Part shown: positions 1 to 14,929 of the stretch, piece by piece
Layout of the letters: every line of letters starts with the position of its first letter
Position numbering within the stretch: the first letter of the stretch is position 1
Origin: Chrysemys picta bellii
Taxonomy: Eukaryota
Direction of reading: 5' to 3'
Assembly: GCF_011386835.1 (NCBI RefSeq)
Contig: NC_088791.1
Location: 88,598,001 to 88,662,000, forward strand
DNA: 64,000 bases
Notes under the pieces: generated by a model
What the model was told of the DNA's origin: nothing
The model's database searches: none
What the model saw: only the letters and a program-made list of their open reading frames with translations
Made by a program: the position numbers and the translations under genes

Positions 1-3000
1 TTAGGCCACACCTCAGTGCTTCTGAGGAAAATCCCACCCTAAAATCCTTAAGTGATGTTATCAAACCAATATGGAGTGAAAAATCTATTTACAAACTGAG
101 GTTACTATTTCCATCACCTTTCTTTTTTTAAATTTATATAGTTTACAACATCTATTAGGATTTTCTAGAACTTCATCCTGAAAACATTTGTGTTTAATTT
201 TCATATAAATAATACCATTTACTTCATAAAGCTTTTTGTTTAGTGCCTTGTTTTGAAAGAGAATTTAAAGATATATCATAAATGTGTCTGAGGAAGGCAT
301 TATGTGGTGATACCACCCAAAATTGTAAGAAATGCTGAGAAACATAACTTCTGCCTCTTAAATTAAGGGCTGAGAAAGCTTCTGTGAAAGTTTTCTGCTG
401 ATGCAAGGAAAACCGGAACAACAAGATTAAAAATTAGAAAATGCACAAAGAAAATGTGATGCTAACAAATTATATGACAAATATATTTTATTTTAAAAAA
501 CAAATTTATGGGACACCCATCTCCACCTCTGGTTATATTTACTTCTATGTTTATACTGTAAACTCTTAGGAATTATATAAATAATCCATCACTATTTTGA
601 TGATCTGTAAATATTAAATACATTTTTTAATGAAATCACTATTTTCAAAGATGAAAGACAAGTGCAATTTAACAAAGAAAACCAACACGAAAACCAAGCA
701 AGCAAGCAAACAAACGTCCCTGGGCTCTTTATATAACCAATACTATATAATAATAAGGCAATAAATCCCCTCCCCAACTCTTTCTACTCCACTTTTTTTT
801 AAATTACTCTTCTAGGTCACATTGTTGCAACTGGAAAAGAACAAATGGGGGAGGGGGAATCAACAACAACAACAACAAAAAAGCAGAGATAAAGAAAAGT
901 AAAAGTGCTGTATATTTCATGACTGATTTTAAGAAAATCATTATCTGTGATTTATGGTGATCAGCAGCCAAATGCTACTCTGGGAGTGGGCCCAGTTTGC
1001 CACCCCCCTCACCTGTGGGGTGGGTTTTACCTTGTGTGACTGCCTTGCTGTGCCAAACTAGTTGGTTCATGCCCTGGGCCCATCATTGCTCCAGCAGGGC
1101 AGTGTGGTGGCTGGACTGATCACCCTGATCTGGAGCTCGGTCTGACACTCCTTAGCTTGGTTCTTGCTTCTAGTACAGAGTCCCCTTCTATTCCCCTATG
1201 GTTGTGATCTCTCCCTCATCTCCTCTGGGATATTTAAAAAAAATAAACAATACAGAAAATTTGAAGCGTTAGTTATTGGTCATTGGGGGTAACATACAGA
1301 GTATGGGGGTATGTTGGTGTTTTGGGGCTGGGCAGCACACATAGTATATACAGACTGCAATGTCCCCAATGAGGGGTGGGTAACCGGTGGGCGGGATCAG
1401 GAAACAGTTGATAAGCGGTGAGGGTCTAACACCCATACGGGAAGTGGAGACAGTCATGGGTATAAGTAAGCGGGCTGGGTAATGGGGATGGGGTGACCCT
1501 CACATGGCGGGATTCAGCTAGGTTTGGTGTGTTTAGGGCTCAGGGGATAGGGTCCAGCTAAACATTCTTGCAGCCTGACTATGCACAATATAGCAACTGA
1601 CATTTTTGGAAGTGAAAATGGAAACCTTCAATCACTGGCAATAGGTGGTATGTCTAGTGTTGATGCTGCTGGTAACTTTATCCCTCTGATATGTGGTCTA
1701 ATATAATGAGAAATCTATTGAGGAGTGTCCCCCTCTAAATATAATATTCACTCAGGGTCCTTTCCTACAGCAGTTTAATGGGTTGAAGCCCTGCTTCAGC
1801 CTTATAAACTTTAGATAGTGGTTTGCACATTTATAGCTATATTAGGGCAAACCCCTAACTGGAGCACAGGGGGAGGAGTCTTTGTCCATGACAATGCAGC
1901 CTTTTACATTCTAATGTACAATACAAGCTAGGGGAAGACAATAATCTGCTACTAGAAGGCAAATGACTATTCCCACACCTGTCTGAACTCCATACTTCCC
2001 AAGGAAAGCCAAGACAATGCGGGTATGAATAGATCATCTAGTGAAAGGTGCTTGAAAAAACCCTGTGAAAACTGTACACTAAGCAGACACAGGTATGAGA
2101 TGCGGGAAGGGGTTTGTATGTGAGGCTGTGCAGAACTCTGGTTTTTAGTTTACGTCCTCTGATGTAATGTCTCCAGAGAGACTTCTCCTTGCTTACAGAG
2201 CTAAAGTGACTTGCTCTCCAGTAAGGAGCCACCTCTATATTAGCATCTCTGTCATGCTGGAAATATGGTAGCTCCTGATATCCTCTGTCTCTCTGTGCTC
2301 ATGAGACACTAAGCCATGTCTCCAAAGCATGATAAGGTGCAGCCTTCAGCTTTGCAGGCCTGTAGTCTTGTCTGTTAAATGGGAGAATCTAAAGTAGAAT
2401 CCCCTGAGCCAGATGGCCTAACTGGGTCCTCAAGACAAAGCATTAGTGAAGGTGGGAGTTTAACCCCTTCTCCCCCCCTTCCCTGCCAGTGTCTGGATTA
2501 TTAGATTATGCTTTAAAAGGTTTTTAAATGTGTCCATTTCTGTCCTTGCATACCAGTCCTGTTCAAGCACATTGGTCAGTGCCAGTGCACAATTCTTCCA
2601 GGGAGATGGGTGTTTCATGTACCCACAGACTGGTTCCACTGTGAGAGCACCAGTCACTCACTGCATGAACTGAACACTCTTTACAGTGGGGAAAATGGCT
2701 CAAGTTTGGAATTTCTTCCATATCACTCCTGGTGTGCTCTCAAACGGGGAGCTGAGCAGAACCACCCCGGGAAGGAATCCTGCTTGCCCTAAATGGTCCA
2801 TACTTGTGACGTGCACATTGTATTCTGACCAGAGGCTTGTCTGACGTCCCTGACAGGAACTGGAATATACTTAACTCCTCTTGGTGGAAAGATTTAAGTG
2901 CAGGACACCAGGGCTTAGTCTATCTCATTTTTTACCCTGTGGAAGTGAGAGATTCCTCTTCCTAGCATGGGACACAGCAGCCTTTACAGGGAGGGGAAGG

Positions 3001-3719
3001 AATTAGGCATTATCCTATAGGAAACACCCTGCCAATACACTTGATGTGGTGCTAGCTGGGGTTTGAGGTCCCTTCTCATCTCAACACCTGACAGAGAGAG
3101 GGATGCTAGTGGGTGAATGGAGGTGCACAGAGAGCTTTCTAGTGTGATTGGCTCCCTGTGCAGTGGGGGGCCCAAAAACTGGCAAAGGATCACTGGAGTG
3201 GGAGTGACTGTGGTGATGTGTTTCCCCATGGAAACCTTGAATGTAATTTGAATAATAAAGGTGCTGCCTGGTTAAAACTCATACACATGTCCTTGTTTTC
3301 TTCCCTGTGGGAAGCACACCAAATGAATGAATTGGGGAGAGGGGGGAACCAAAACCAACCAACAAACAAAACCAACACCTCCCCAAGATGGAAACAAAGG
3401 AAAAAGAAAAGTAAAACAGTGCTGTATTTAATGACTGACTGTGAGAAAACCTTCATCACTTGTGATTTGCAGAGATCAGCAAACCAAAGACAACCTGCTA
3501 CTATGTAGTCCTTTAATTACCGTGTGTACCTGGGCAAATATACATAGATTGCATAATTTTCCATAGATTTGGGTATTTTTCCCTGTACGTTGGTATAAGT
3601 AAGTAAAACCCAAGCTCCTACTAAATCACACACATACACCCTTTGTGCCCACTTTATAAGTTAAAAGAAATGCTACCGATCTTTCCACACACTCCCGCAA
3701 CTCCTTTTGTGAAACAGAT

Positions 3720-3792
3720 TAATAGATTTCATAGACTCATAGGACAGGAAGGTACCTCGAGCGGTCATCTACTCCAGTCCCCTGCACTCAGG
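3720..3792 (-). mobile_element. Short CR1/SINE 3' tail fragment
   Basis: TCATAGACTCATAGGACAGGAAGGTACCTCGAGCGGTCATCTACTCCAGTCCCCTGCACTC resembles the reverse complement of the CR1 3' end at 19816-19896. Confidence 0.7.
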
Positions 3793-3971
3793 AGAGGAGT
3801 CGGGTTTTCTGAGTGCCCTTTCTGTAACCATTCATATAAGTAGTCACACCGTGGCAGCGACATCATTCACATTAGGTGAGGAAACAGAATAAAGAACGAA
3901 CATACGTGCCCAGCCTCGTCACTTTTGATTAGATCTGAATGTAGCAGTTTTTAAACCCTCCTCTGTTCAAG

Positions 3972-4055
3972 CTTTGGAAAATGGCGACAGATGTCGGGGA
4001 GGCGGAGAGGGAGGCATCTGTCAGGGAACCCGATTGGTCATATTTTGCCGCAGAT
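3972..4055 (+). promoter_or_regulatory. H4-upstream module: YY1-like AAAATGGCG plus inverted CCAAT (GATTGGTC) and TTTGCCGCAGA block
   Basis: The same blocks recur at ~8435-8518 (-), ~35956-36042 (+) and ~45765-45845 (-), each 0.5-0.8 kb upstream of an H4 copy. Confidence 0.6.
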
Positions 4056-4465
4056 TCCTACTTGAAATGGGGGAGCGGGGGGGGGGGGGGGGGAGAGCGT
4101 TACAAAGCCACAAGATAGCAGCAACCCCCACGGGAAGCCGCGTTATCGAATGATTTTATCAGAAGGGAAAATATTCAAAAGAAAAGCAGAAAAGATATTG
4201 TAAAGAGGGTCCTAATTTAACCTGCAGCACGCTGAGAGGCCCAGCAGTGTCAGGAAACGTGGGCTTCTAGAGCAATTATAATGATTAGTGCTAACCCTTA
4301 GCTCTGAGTCTTCTAATCCTAAAGCTGTTTTTCATGCACTGGTCTCCTTTAGTAAACAGGCTAAAAAGAATGATGCTAGAATGCTTTGCCTGCCTAGTGC
4401 TGTCCCATCCCAACCGCCGCATGCATAGACAGCGAAGAGCGTGGGAGGAAGGAAGGTGCAAATAA

Positions 4466-4882
<417 letters not shown>

Positions 4883-4923
4883 CCTGTGCCAGTAATTGTC
4901 TCAGAAAACATCTATAACCCAAA

Positions 4924-4964
4924 GGCTCTTTTCAGAGCCACCCACACTTTCATGAAAAGAGCTG
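4924..4964 (+). terminator. Histone 3' stem-loop plus HDE (U7 site)
   Basis: GGCTCTTTTCAGAGCC 4924-4939, then ACCCA, then AAAGAGCTG 4956-4964. Confidence 0.97.
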
Positions 4965-5600
4965 TTGTGCTTGCATGTTCCTTTTTCGGTAGAGAAACCT
5001 GCTAGAGCGATATTCGTGCAAGAAATATATAATCGTGTGGATTATATATTTAATCAAACCAATAAATCTGTTATTCTCGGTGAAAGTGAAGTTTTGTAGA
5101 ACTGCACTACTTTTCTCTGTAAATAAAATGTAAGCTAGTCCTTTCACTTTCTACCTGCGAAAGTAATTAAATCACATACACCTAGACCAGATGTCCTGAT
5201 TTTTATAGAGAGGAGCAAATTTATATATATATATATATAAGTAAATAAAAAAAATGGAACTATTATCTCCTCCCCCCCTCCCAAATAAATCTCCTGTCCC
5301 GATTTTTCATACTTGCTGTCTGGTCACCCACTAAACACCACACCAGCACCAAACCTCAGTGAAAGTAAGGGACTTTTCAATCTGGCCAGTAACGTAGGAA
5401 GCTATGTTAGCTTGTAGGAGCTCTAATGAGGAGGAACTAACCCCACCCACGAACTGCAGGGAAAGGGGGTTTCCTGATAAGAATATAAGACTATTCGTGC
5501 ATTAAGCTTACCCCCGAATATCCTAGACCAACAGCAGGCTGTTTTATCTTCAACGATAACTAATAGTATGTACCTTTCCAAGCCAGTTAAAAGAGAGAGA

Positions 5601-5641
5601 CAGCTCTTTTCCGTGTAAACGTGGTGGCTCTTAAAAGAGCC
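5601..5641 (-). terminator. Histone 3' stem-loop plus HDE of minus-strand H3
   Basis: Reverse complement gives GGCTCTTTTAAGAGCC (5626-5641) and AAAAGAGCTG (5601-5610). Confidence 0.97.
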
Positions 5642-5672
5642 TTTGGGTTTTTAGGGGGTTGCAAGAGGGGTT

Positions 5673-6985
<1,313 letters not shown>

Positions 6986-7016
6986 AACCCCTCTTGCAAC
7001 CCCCTAAAAATCCAAA

Positions 7017-7057
7017 GGCTCTTTTAAGAGCCACCACGTTCACACGGAAAAGAGCTG
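7017..7057 (+). terminator. Histone 3' stem-loop plus HDE
   Basis: GGCTCTTTTAAGAGCC 7017-7032; AAAAGAGCTG 7048-7057. Confidence 0.97.
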
Positions 7058-7525
7058 TATCTATGCTTTAATGTTTTAAGAGGCTTACAAAGATGCTATC
7101 CCTGAGGAAGATAAAACAGCTCGTTGTTAATCTAGGATTTTCGTGGTTTTTTTTTAAAAGCTTAATGTGTGTGGGGGGTGGTTCCTTATCTTTAGAGCTC
7201 CCGTAAAATAACATACATCGCTTCCCGCGTTACTGGCCAGATAGTAAATCCCTTGCGTTCAAAAGGCTCATGTAGGTGCGCACTCATTTTAAGCCGTGTG
7301 TGTGGCTTTCACTGAGTCTTGGTGTTTGTGTATGCCCAGTTAGAAAGTAAGGAACTAACATGTTTTATCGAGAGAGAAGCGTTGTACAGAAAACCCAATA
7401 ATTTAAGCAGTTTCTCTAAAATTTAATTTCGTACCCTAGAGCTAAGTAGCTCCATTAAATAAAAACAGAAGCACTGATATCGCTCTAGCAGGTTTCTCTA
7501 CCGAAAAAGGAACATGCAAGCACAA

Positions 7526-7566
7526 CAGCTCTTTTCATGAAAGTGTGGGTGGCTCTGAAAAGAGCC
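7526..7566 (-). terminator. Histone 3' stem-loop plus HDE of minus-strand H4
   Basis: Reverse complement GGCTCTTTTCAGAGCC at 7551-7566; HDE at 7526-7535. Confidence 0.97.
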
Positions 7567-7607
7567 TTTGGGTTATAGATGTTTTCTGAGACAATTACTG
7601 GCACAGG

Positions 7608-8024
<417 letters not shown>

Positions 8025-10708
8025 TTATTTGCACCTTCCTTCCTCCCACGCTCTTCGCTGTCTATGCATGCGGCGGTTGGGATGGGACAGCACTAGGCAG
8101 GCAAAGCATTCTAGCATCATTCTTTTTAGCCTGTTTACTAAAGGAGACCAGTGCATGAAAAACAGCTTTAGGATTAGAAGACTCAGAGCTAAGGGTTAGC
8201 ACTAATCATTATAATTGCTCTAGAAGCCCACGTTTCCTGACACTGCTGGGCCTCTCAGCGTGCTGCAGGTTAAATTAGGACCCTCTTTACAATATCTTTT
8301 CTGCTTTTCTTTTGAATATTTTCCCTTCTGATAAAATCATTCGATAACGCGGCTTCCCGTGGGGGTTGCTGCTATCTTGTGGCTTTGTAACGCTCTCCCC
8401 CCCCCCCCCCCCGCTCCCCCATTTCAAGTAGGAATCTGCGGCAAAATATGACCAATCGGGTTCCCTGACAGATGCCTCCCTCTCCGCCTCCCCGACATCT
8501 GTCGCCATTTTCCAAAGCTTGAACAGAGGAGGGTTTAAAAACTGCTACATTCAGATCTAATCAAAAGTGACGAGGCTGGGCACGTATGTTCGTTCTTTAT
8601 TCTGTTTCCTCACCTAATGTGAATGATGTCGCTGCCACGGTGTGACTACTTATATGAATGGTTACAGAAAGGGCACGCAAAAAATCAGTCTTTTCTCCTA
8701 TTTCACAAAGGGAAAGCTGGGAGTCGGGTGGCTGGAAGAGACCCTTATCCTTGCTTTAATGTATAAAGTCGAAACAAAGGTTTCATGTTTGTGATTGTGA
8801 AAGGACTAGATTTTGAATTACTCGGTCGAATGTATGGGGGGAAACCACACATATACTGTGTGTATATATCTTATATTTGTTCAACTAATTGGAAAGCTAG
8901 CCCATATATATATATTGCCCAGGCCCCAAGACAAAACAGTGCAAGTTCTACACAATAATGGGTTACCTTAGCTTTGTTGATCTCTGCAAATCATAGTTGG
9001 TAATGATTAAATGTTTAATCAGTCATATAATATAGCACCTTTTCCTCCCAGTTACGCACACACTGCTGTGTAGTCTCTAATATTTTATATAAGCTATCCA
9101 ACACTTCCAGCTTCCAGGTAAAATCAATAAATATAGGAGTGAACTTGAAGGCCTCTGGCTTTTCTCCCTTATTGACTCTGCTTGGAGTAAGTTTTGTTTC
9201 TGGTTGGTTCATATTTGGCAGGTGTTTTGTTGGGGGTTTTTTGGTGCTGTGAAAAACACCAAAAACTGTGACCCTACTTACCGATTGTTTGGTCTTGTAA
9301 TTATACATGAAATACAGTAGCAGTTTTCCCATCCTCATCTTTTGTTTCTATTTTCATGGATGTTTCAATTTGTTCTTTCAGAGCTGCAGAGATTACAATA
9401 TGAAATTAAACTGCACAGGAGAAATTGAGATGCATGTAGCTACACCTGATGGTTGTGTTGTTTGTGTATTGTTTCCTGTTTGCCTTTTAAAATATAATAT
9501 AGAAGATTAACTTTTATTTTATTTTATTTTATATATTAAATTACTTATTTATAAAATATCAATATTAATATTACAACCTTATTCTGATAACAGAATAATG
9601 ATTTTTAAGAACAAGGTCTTTTCTCACAACTATCAGGATTTGCTAAAATAAACAAATACAATTCAACCAGCCATAAAATGAAAATAAAATAGAAATTTAA
9701 ACGACTAACTATAAATGCCTTTCCTTTCCATTTTCTCAAGTCATTCTCTTGGCCAGGCAAATTGAATGTATACATATATTTTTTCTCTCAAAACTGTACA
9801 TTAATAATTATTAATTCATTAATGTAATGCCTAAAAACTTAAGTAATGTAGAGTTAAGGTTGCCAAGCATTACCTTCTGCTTTTCCAGAATTTGGAGTGT
9901 GGACAACCTGAAACCTCTGAAAATCAGAAAATGATAAATTAAAGTTTATATTGCTCCCCTAATGCATCCCTAAAGCTTGAATTAGCCACTGGAAATGGTT
10001 CAATAATGATGATGCCTTAAAAAGTAAACACGAAAAATGAATACGAGAATATGCTCGTGTTTATGTTTGGTCTTCTTATCCTGGGGATTGTTAGCAGTCT
10101 GGTGGCATACATAACTGTGATCTCCAGGACTTAGTGGGGGTTAGGTGAAGATAATGGTCATAGGAATTTTTAGGGCAAGAAAGAAGGGGAGGTAACATTT
10201 TACAGGGTTGGGATGGCCCGTTTGGAGTAGGCTTTGAGTATTGGTCACATGTAGGTAACTCCTGTTGGCTATGCCTGAACTAAATCAAAGTTTTACCTCA
10301 GGCCTTGGCTACACTTGCGAGTTACAGCGCTGTAAAGGCTCCCCCAGTGCTGTAACTCATTCCCTGTCCACACTGGCAAGGCATTTGCAGCGCTGTATTT
10401 CCGTGGTTGCAGCGTTGCATGTACTCCACCTCCTCGAGAGGAATAGCGAGTATTGCGCTGCCGCTGCAGTGCTGCAGCACCAGTGTGGCCGCCCAATGCG
10501 CTGTGAATGGCCTCCAGAATTATTCGGCAGTATCCCACAATGCCTGTTCTAGCCACTCTGGTCATCGGTTCAAACTCTACTGCCCTGGCCTCAGGTAACT
10601 AACCATGTGACCCACCCTTTACATTCCCCAGGAATTTTAAAAATCCCCTTCCTATTTGCTCAGCCCGGTGTGGCGTGGAGTGCTATCAGCGAATCTTTCC
10701 AGGTGACC

Positions 10709-12455
10709 ATGCCTCCACGCGCCAAGCGAGCCCCAGCATGGAGCAATGGCGAGTTGCTGGACCTCATCACTGTTTGGGGGGAGGAAGCTGTACCGTCCCA
10801 GCTGCGCTCCAGCCGTAGGAATTACGATACCTTCGGGAAGGTATCAAAGGACATGATGGAAAGGGGCCATGACCGGGATGCCCTGCAGTGCAGGATTAAA
10901 GTGAAGGAGCTGCGGAGTGCCTACCGCAAAGCCCGTGACACAAACGGCCGCTCGGGTGCTCCCCCCACGACCTACCGATTCTACAAAGAGCTGGATGCGA
11001 TACTTGGGGTTAACCCCACCTCCACTCCAAGCACCACCATGGACACTTCATATCCGGTGTGTGGGGGGGAGGAGGAAGTGGAGGAGGAGGAAAACGGGAG
11101 GGTGGTGGGCCGGATGGAGATACCCTGGAATCCCTGGAGCCATGCAGCCAGGAGCTCTTCTCGAGCCAGGAGGAATGTAGCCAGTCACAGCGGCCAGTAC
11201 TTGGTGGAGGACAAACAGAAGAGCAGGTTCCCGGTAAGCGTTTTTTATTTTCGGGAAGGAATTTTTTCGGTGCGGGCTCTTTGGGAGAGGAGGGTTAGGC
11301 ATGCATGCCTAGATGCGGAATAGTGCATTGATGTGGTTTATCACATCGCAGTAATTGGCCTCGGTAATCTCCTCGAATGTCTCATGCAGAACGTGTGCAA
11401 TGCGCTTGCGCAGGTTTATTGGGAGAGCCACCGTGGTCCTTGTCCCAGCCAGGCTAACGTGTCCGCGTCACTGTGCCACGAGGGGTGGGGGACCGTTGCT
11501 GCACACAGGCAAGCTGCATATGGGCCAGTGCGGAAGCCGCATTGCAGTAGAAGACCCTCCCTTGCTTCCCAGGTCACCCTCAGCAGCAGAATATTGTCCA
11601 GGATGAACTCCTGTGGAAAATGTTGAGACAGTGTTCAGTGTAGATGCCCCCTGAAGCTGTTGGCTCTCCCTAAGGCACAGAAACCCAGAGGACAGTGCAG
11701 CCCTGAAACAATCAGTCCCCCTTACTCACCATTTTGAGGCTCCTGTGGGATATGTGTGCTCTGTTTCGGACGGGAAAATTATGCTATTGTGTAGACCCTG
11801 TATGTTTTCTACTCCTTAAGTGTGGGGGGAATCATTACTCTGTCTGGTATAAACAATGCTGCCTCTGTTAAATGTTGCATTTTGCCTATACAGCTGCATC
11901 AACCTTGAGACCTCAGCCGTCCCTCTTATCGTCTGCTCAGAGACTGCAAATCCTCAGGAAGAGACCGCGAAAAAGCAAAGAAGACATGCTGCAAGAAGTG
12001 ATGCGGCAATCTATTAAAGAGAATGAGAAAGCACAGAACTGGAGGGAGAGAGAAAGCAGGATCCGCCAGGAAAACACAGCGCACCGGCGGCAAAGCACCG
12101 CGCACCGGCAGCAAAGCACTGATAGGCACATAAGCATCCTGGAGCGCCAAGCAGATGCTAACCAGGAGCTGGTAGCCATGCAGAAAGAGGAGCAGTACCG
12201 CAAACGCCACCCCCCCCCCAGCCCTTGTCCCAAAACTCTTTCCGTTGTGCCCCACTGTCACCTCCAACCCACTTTCCCCAACTTCCATGTTCTTCATGCC
12301 ACCCGCTGCCTCCAACACCAGTATCTTCACCACCCAGTCCTGAAAACCACGACCCTTACCCTCTGCACTCAACCACCATTACCATGCAGTATAGCTATCC
12401 TGAAGTGCAGCACTCACTGCACAGCACACCAGACAGGACATATGCGAATCTGTGA
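10709..12455 (+). pseudogene. Harbinger Myb/SANT-like (trihelix) gene, two predicted exons (10709-11233, 11894-12455), frameshifted
   Basis: MPPRAKRAPAWSNGELLDLITVWGEE...QCRIKVKELR...FYKELDAILG. GTAAG donor at 11234 and TACAG acceptor ending 11893 are in compatible phase. Frameshifts near 11100 and at the poly-C ~12210. Confidence 0.8.
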
Positions 12456-12659
12456 TTGTACTGTTCCCCACTCCAACCCCTTTTTTCTTTTCAATAAATG
12501 GATTCTTTGGCGTTGAAAACATTCTTTATTATTGCATAAAGTAAAAGACTCCTTAGCCCAGGAAATAAACAGGCACTGCAAGTCTGCTTGTCTGCTTAGC
12601 AGACACTGATTCCTAAAGATTGGAACTACTGCACTTCACTCCCGTGCAGGGCACCAGAT

Positions 12660-13900
12660 ATCACTGCTGGTTTTCAGCCTCAAATTGCTCCCTCAAGGCA
12701 TCCCTAATCCTTGCAGCCCAGCACTGGGCCCTGTAATATCCCTGCTCTCTGGCTGTGCAAATTCAGCCTCCAGGTGTTGAACCTCGGAGGTCCATGCCTG
12801 AGTGAAGCTTTCACCCTTCCCTTCACAAATATTATGGAGGGCACAGCACGCGGATATAACCGCGGGAATGCTGTTTTCGGCCAAGTCCAGCTTCCCATAC
12901 AGAGATCGCCAGCGGGCCTTTAAACGGCCAAAGGCACACTCCACAGTCGTTCAGCAACGGCTCAGCCTGTAGTTGAACCGTTCCTTGCTGCTGTCAAGGC
13001 TCCCTGTGTAGGGTTTCATGAGCCATGGCATTAACGGGTAAGCAGGATCTCCAAGGATCAAAATGGGCATTTCAACTTCCCCTACTGTGATCTTCCGCTC
13101 TGGGAAAAAAGTCCTGGCCTCCGTCTTCCTGAACAGCCAAGTGTTCCGAAAGATGCGTGCATCATGCACCTTTCCGGGCCAGCCTGTGTTAATGTCAATG
13201 AAACGCCCACGGTGATCCACAAGCACCTGGAGAACCATAGAGAAATACCCCTTCCGATTAACGTACTCAGATCCTAGGTGGGGTGGTGTCAGAATAGGAA
13301 TGTGCGTCCCATCTATCGCCCCTCCACAGTTAGGGAACCCCATTTTTGCAAAGCCATCCACTATTTCCTGCACGTTACACAGAGTCACGGTTCTTCTGAG
13401 TAGGATGCGATTAATGGCCTTGCAAACTTGCATCGACACGATTCCGGCAGCCGACTTTCCCACTCCAAATTGGTTTGCGACCGACCGGTAGCTGTCTGGA
13501 GTTGCCAGCTTCCAGATTGTAATAGCCACCGGCTTCTCCACTGGCAGGGCAGCTCTCAATCTCGTGTCCTTGCGCCGCGCTCCTCACACAGTCCCATGAA
13601 AGTGGCTTTTCTCATCTGAAAGTTCTGCAGCCACTGCTTGTCATCCCAGACTTCCATGATGATGTGATCCCACCACTCGGTGCTTGTTTCCCGAGCCCAA
13701 AAGTGGCGTTCCATGGTGCTGAGCATGTCCGTGAATGCCACAAGCAATTTTGTGTCATACGCGTTACGTGGCTCGATAGCATCGTCGGACTCCTCGCCCT
13801 CACTCTCACTGTCACTTTGGAACTTAAGGAATAGTTCAACAGCCAAACGTGACGTGCTGGCGAGACTCGTCAGCATACGCCTCAGCAGTTTGGTGTCCAT
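12660..13900 (-). pseudogene. Harbinger DDE transposase (HARBI1-like), disrupted
   Basis: AIDGTH, GDPAY and ECAFGRLK motifs in successive ORFs; frameshift/deletion near 13575; stop at 12951-12953. The 3' boundary is approximate. Confidence 0.93.
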
Positions 13901-14929
13901 TTTCCGCAGACAGATCACGCTACACAGAAACCGTTGAAAGATGGCACCGAAGGTGGACGGAAAGAAAGGGATTTCTGGGATGCAAAGCGATGCATCACGG
14001 GGCATTGGGACAGGACCCAGAATCCCCCGCACCCACGCCCCCTTCCTACAACCCATGGCGCCAGAATGGGAAAAGGTGCTCTGTGGGATAGCTGCCCATA
14101 ATGCACCGCTCCCAATAGCACTGCAATTGCCGCAAATGTGGTCACGACAGTGCGCTGGGCAGCTGTCAGTGTGGACAGACTGCAGCGCTTTCCCTACTCA
14201 GCTGCACTAAGTCAGGTTTAACTCACAGCACTGTACATCTGCAAGTGTAGCCAAGGCCTCAGTGAACAGAAGTTGTTAGACTTTGTCATATAGTGCTCAT
14301 TTTGCTCTGTTCCCACCGTGTTCTGAAGCATATATGAGAGTAGAGTGCTAGTATGTTTGTTATTAGCATTTTGGGACATCAATCAAAGAGTACACAATAA
14401 AGATTGTGTTGTGTACCTTGACTTTTTAACTTCGGCTTTCAGAGGTTTAAGTTTACCAAACTTCCACAATGTGGAAGGGCACTAGGCAGTGCTGGGCAAC
14501 CTGCATTAACAAAGTTTTTGGATAGTAAATTTCCTTGTTTTATTAAAACATAATTTCTCAGCATCCTCATACTTTACAGACTCTCCCTCCACTTCTTCCC
14601 GTTTCTTGGCAATAGTTACCCCAGCCAGAGACGGCACTGGTTGCACATTAATCCCTTCATTGTCTATGCATCATCTCAAGGACTTTTCACATGTCCAGCA
14701 CAGCTCAGCCTTTCCTCCCCAGCATGCCTCCCTACATAGGAATAGGCTGAGCTGTTCAGAAGGAGATAGAGGAACAATGAAGGGGCTGACATGAAGTCAG
14801 TAGCAGCAATTTTTGAAGTGGGACAGAAATTGGGGGGGCATGTCTGTAGTATTTTGGAAAGGGCAGAGTTGAACCTCCCTGTGTCACCCACTTCACACCT
14901 CCGACTCTCTAGACTCTCTTTGTGCACAC

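Larger units (their letters stand above)
10301..14258. mobile_element. Full-length PIF/Harbinger DNA transposon (decayed)
   Basis: Perfect 18-bp TIRs GGCCTTGGCTACACTTGC (10301-10318, 14241-14258); 3-bp TSD TCA (10298-10300, 14259-14261); convergent Myb/SANT-like and DDE genes. Confidence 0.95.

Noticed and set aside
1270-2700. Possible RT-like LDDLFI peptide on the minus strand near 2030 and a possible endogenous viral element
   Set aside because: Flanking RT motifs could not be found and the frames are full of stops; left as unclassified old repeat pending a profile search.
8287-8508. 73-aa ORF starting at the ATGGCG of the H4-upstream module
   Set aside because: The mirror copy has one extra G in the homopolymer, which shifts the frame, and the other two module copies do not preserve the peptide; the ATG is part of a YY1-like motif.
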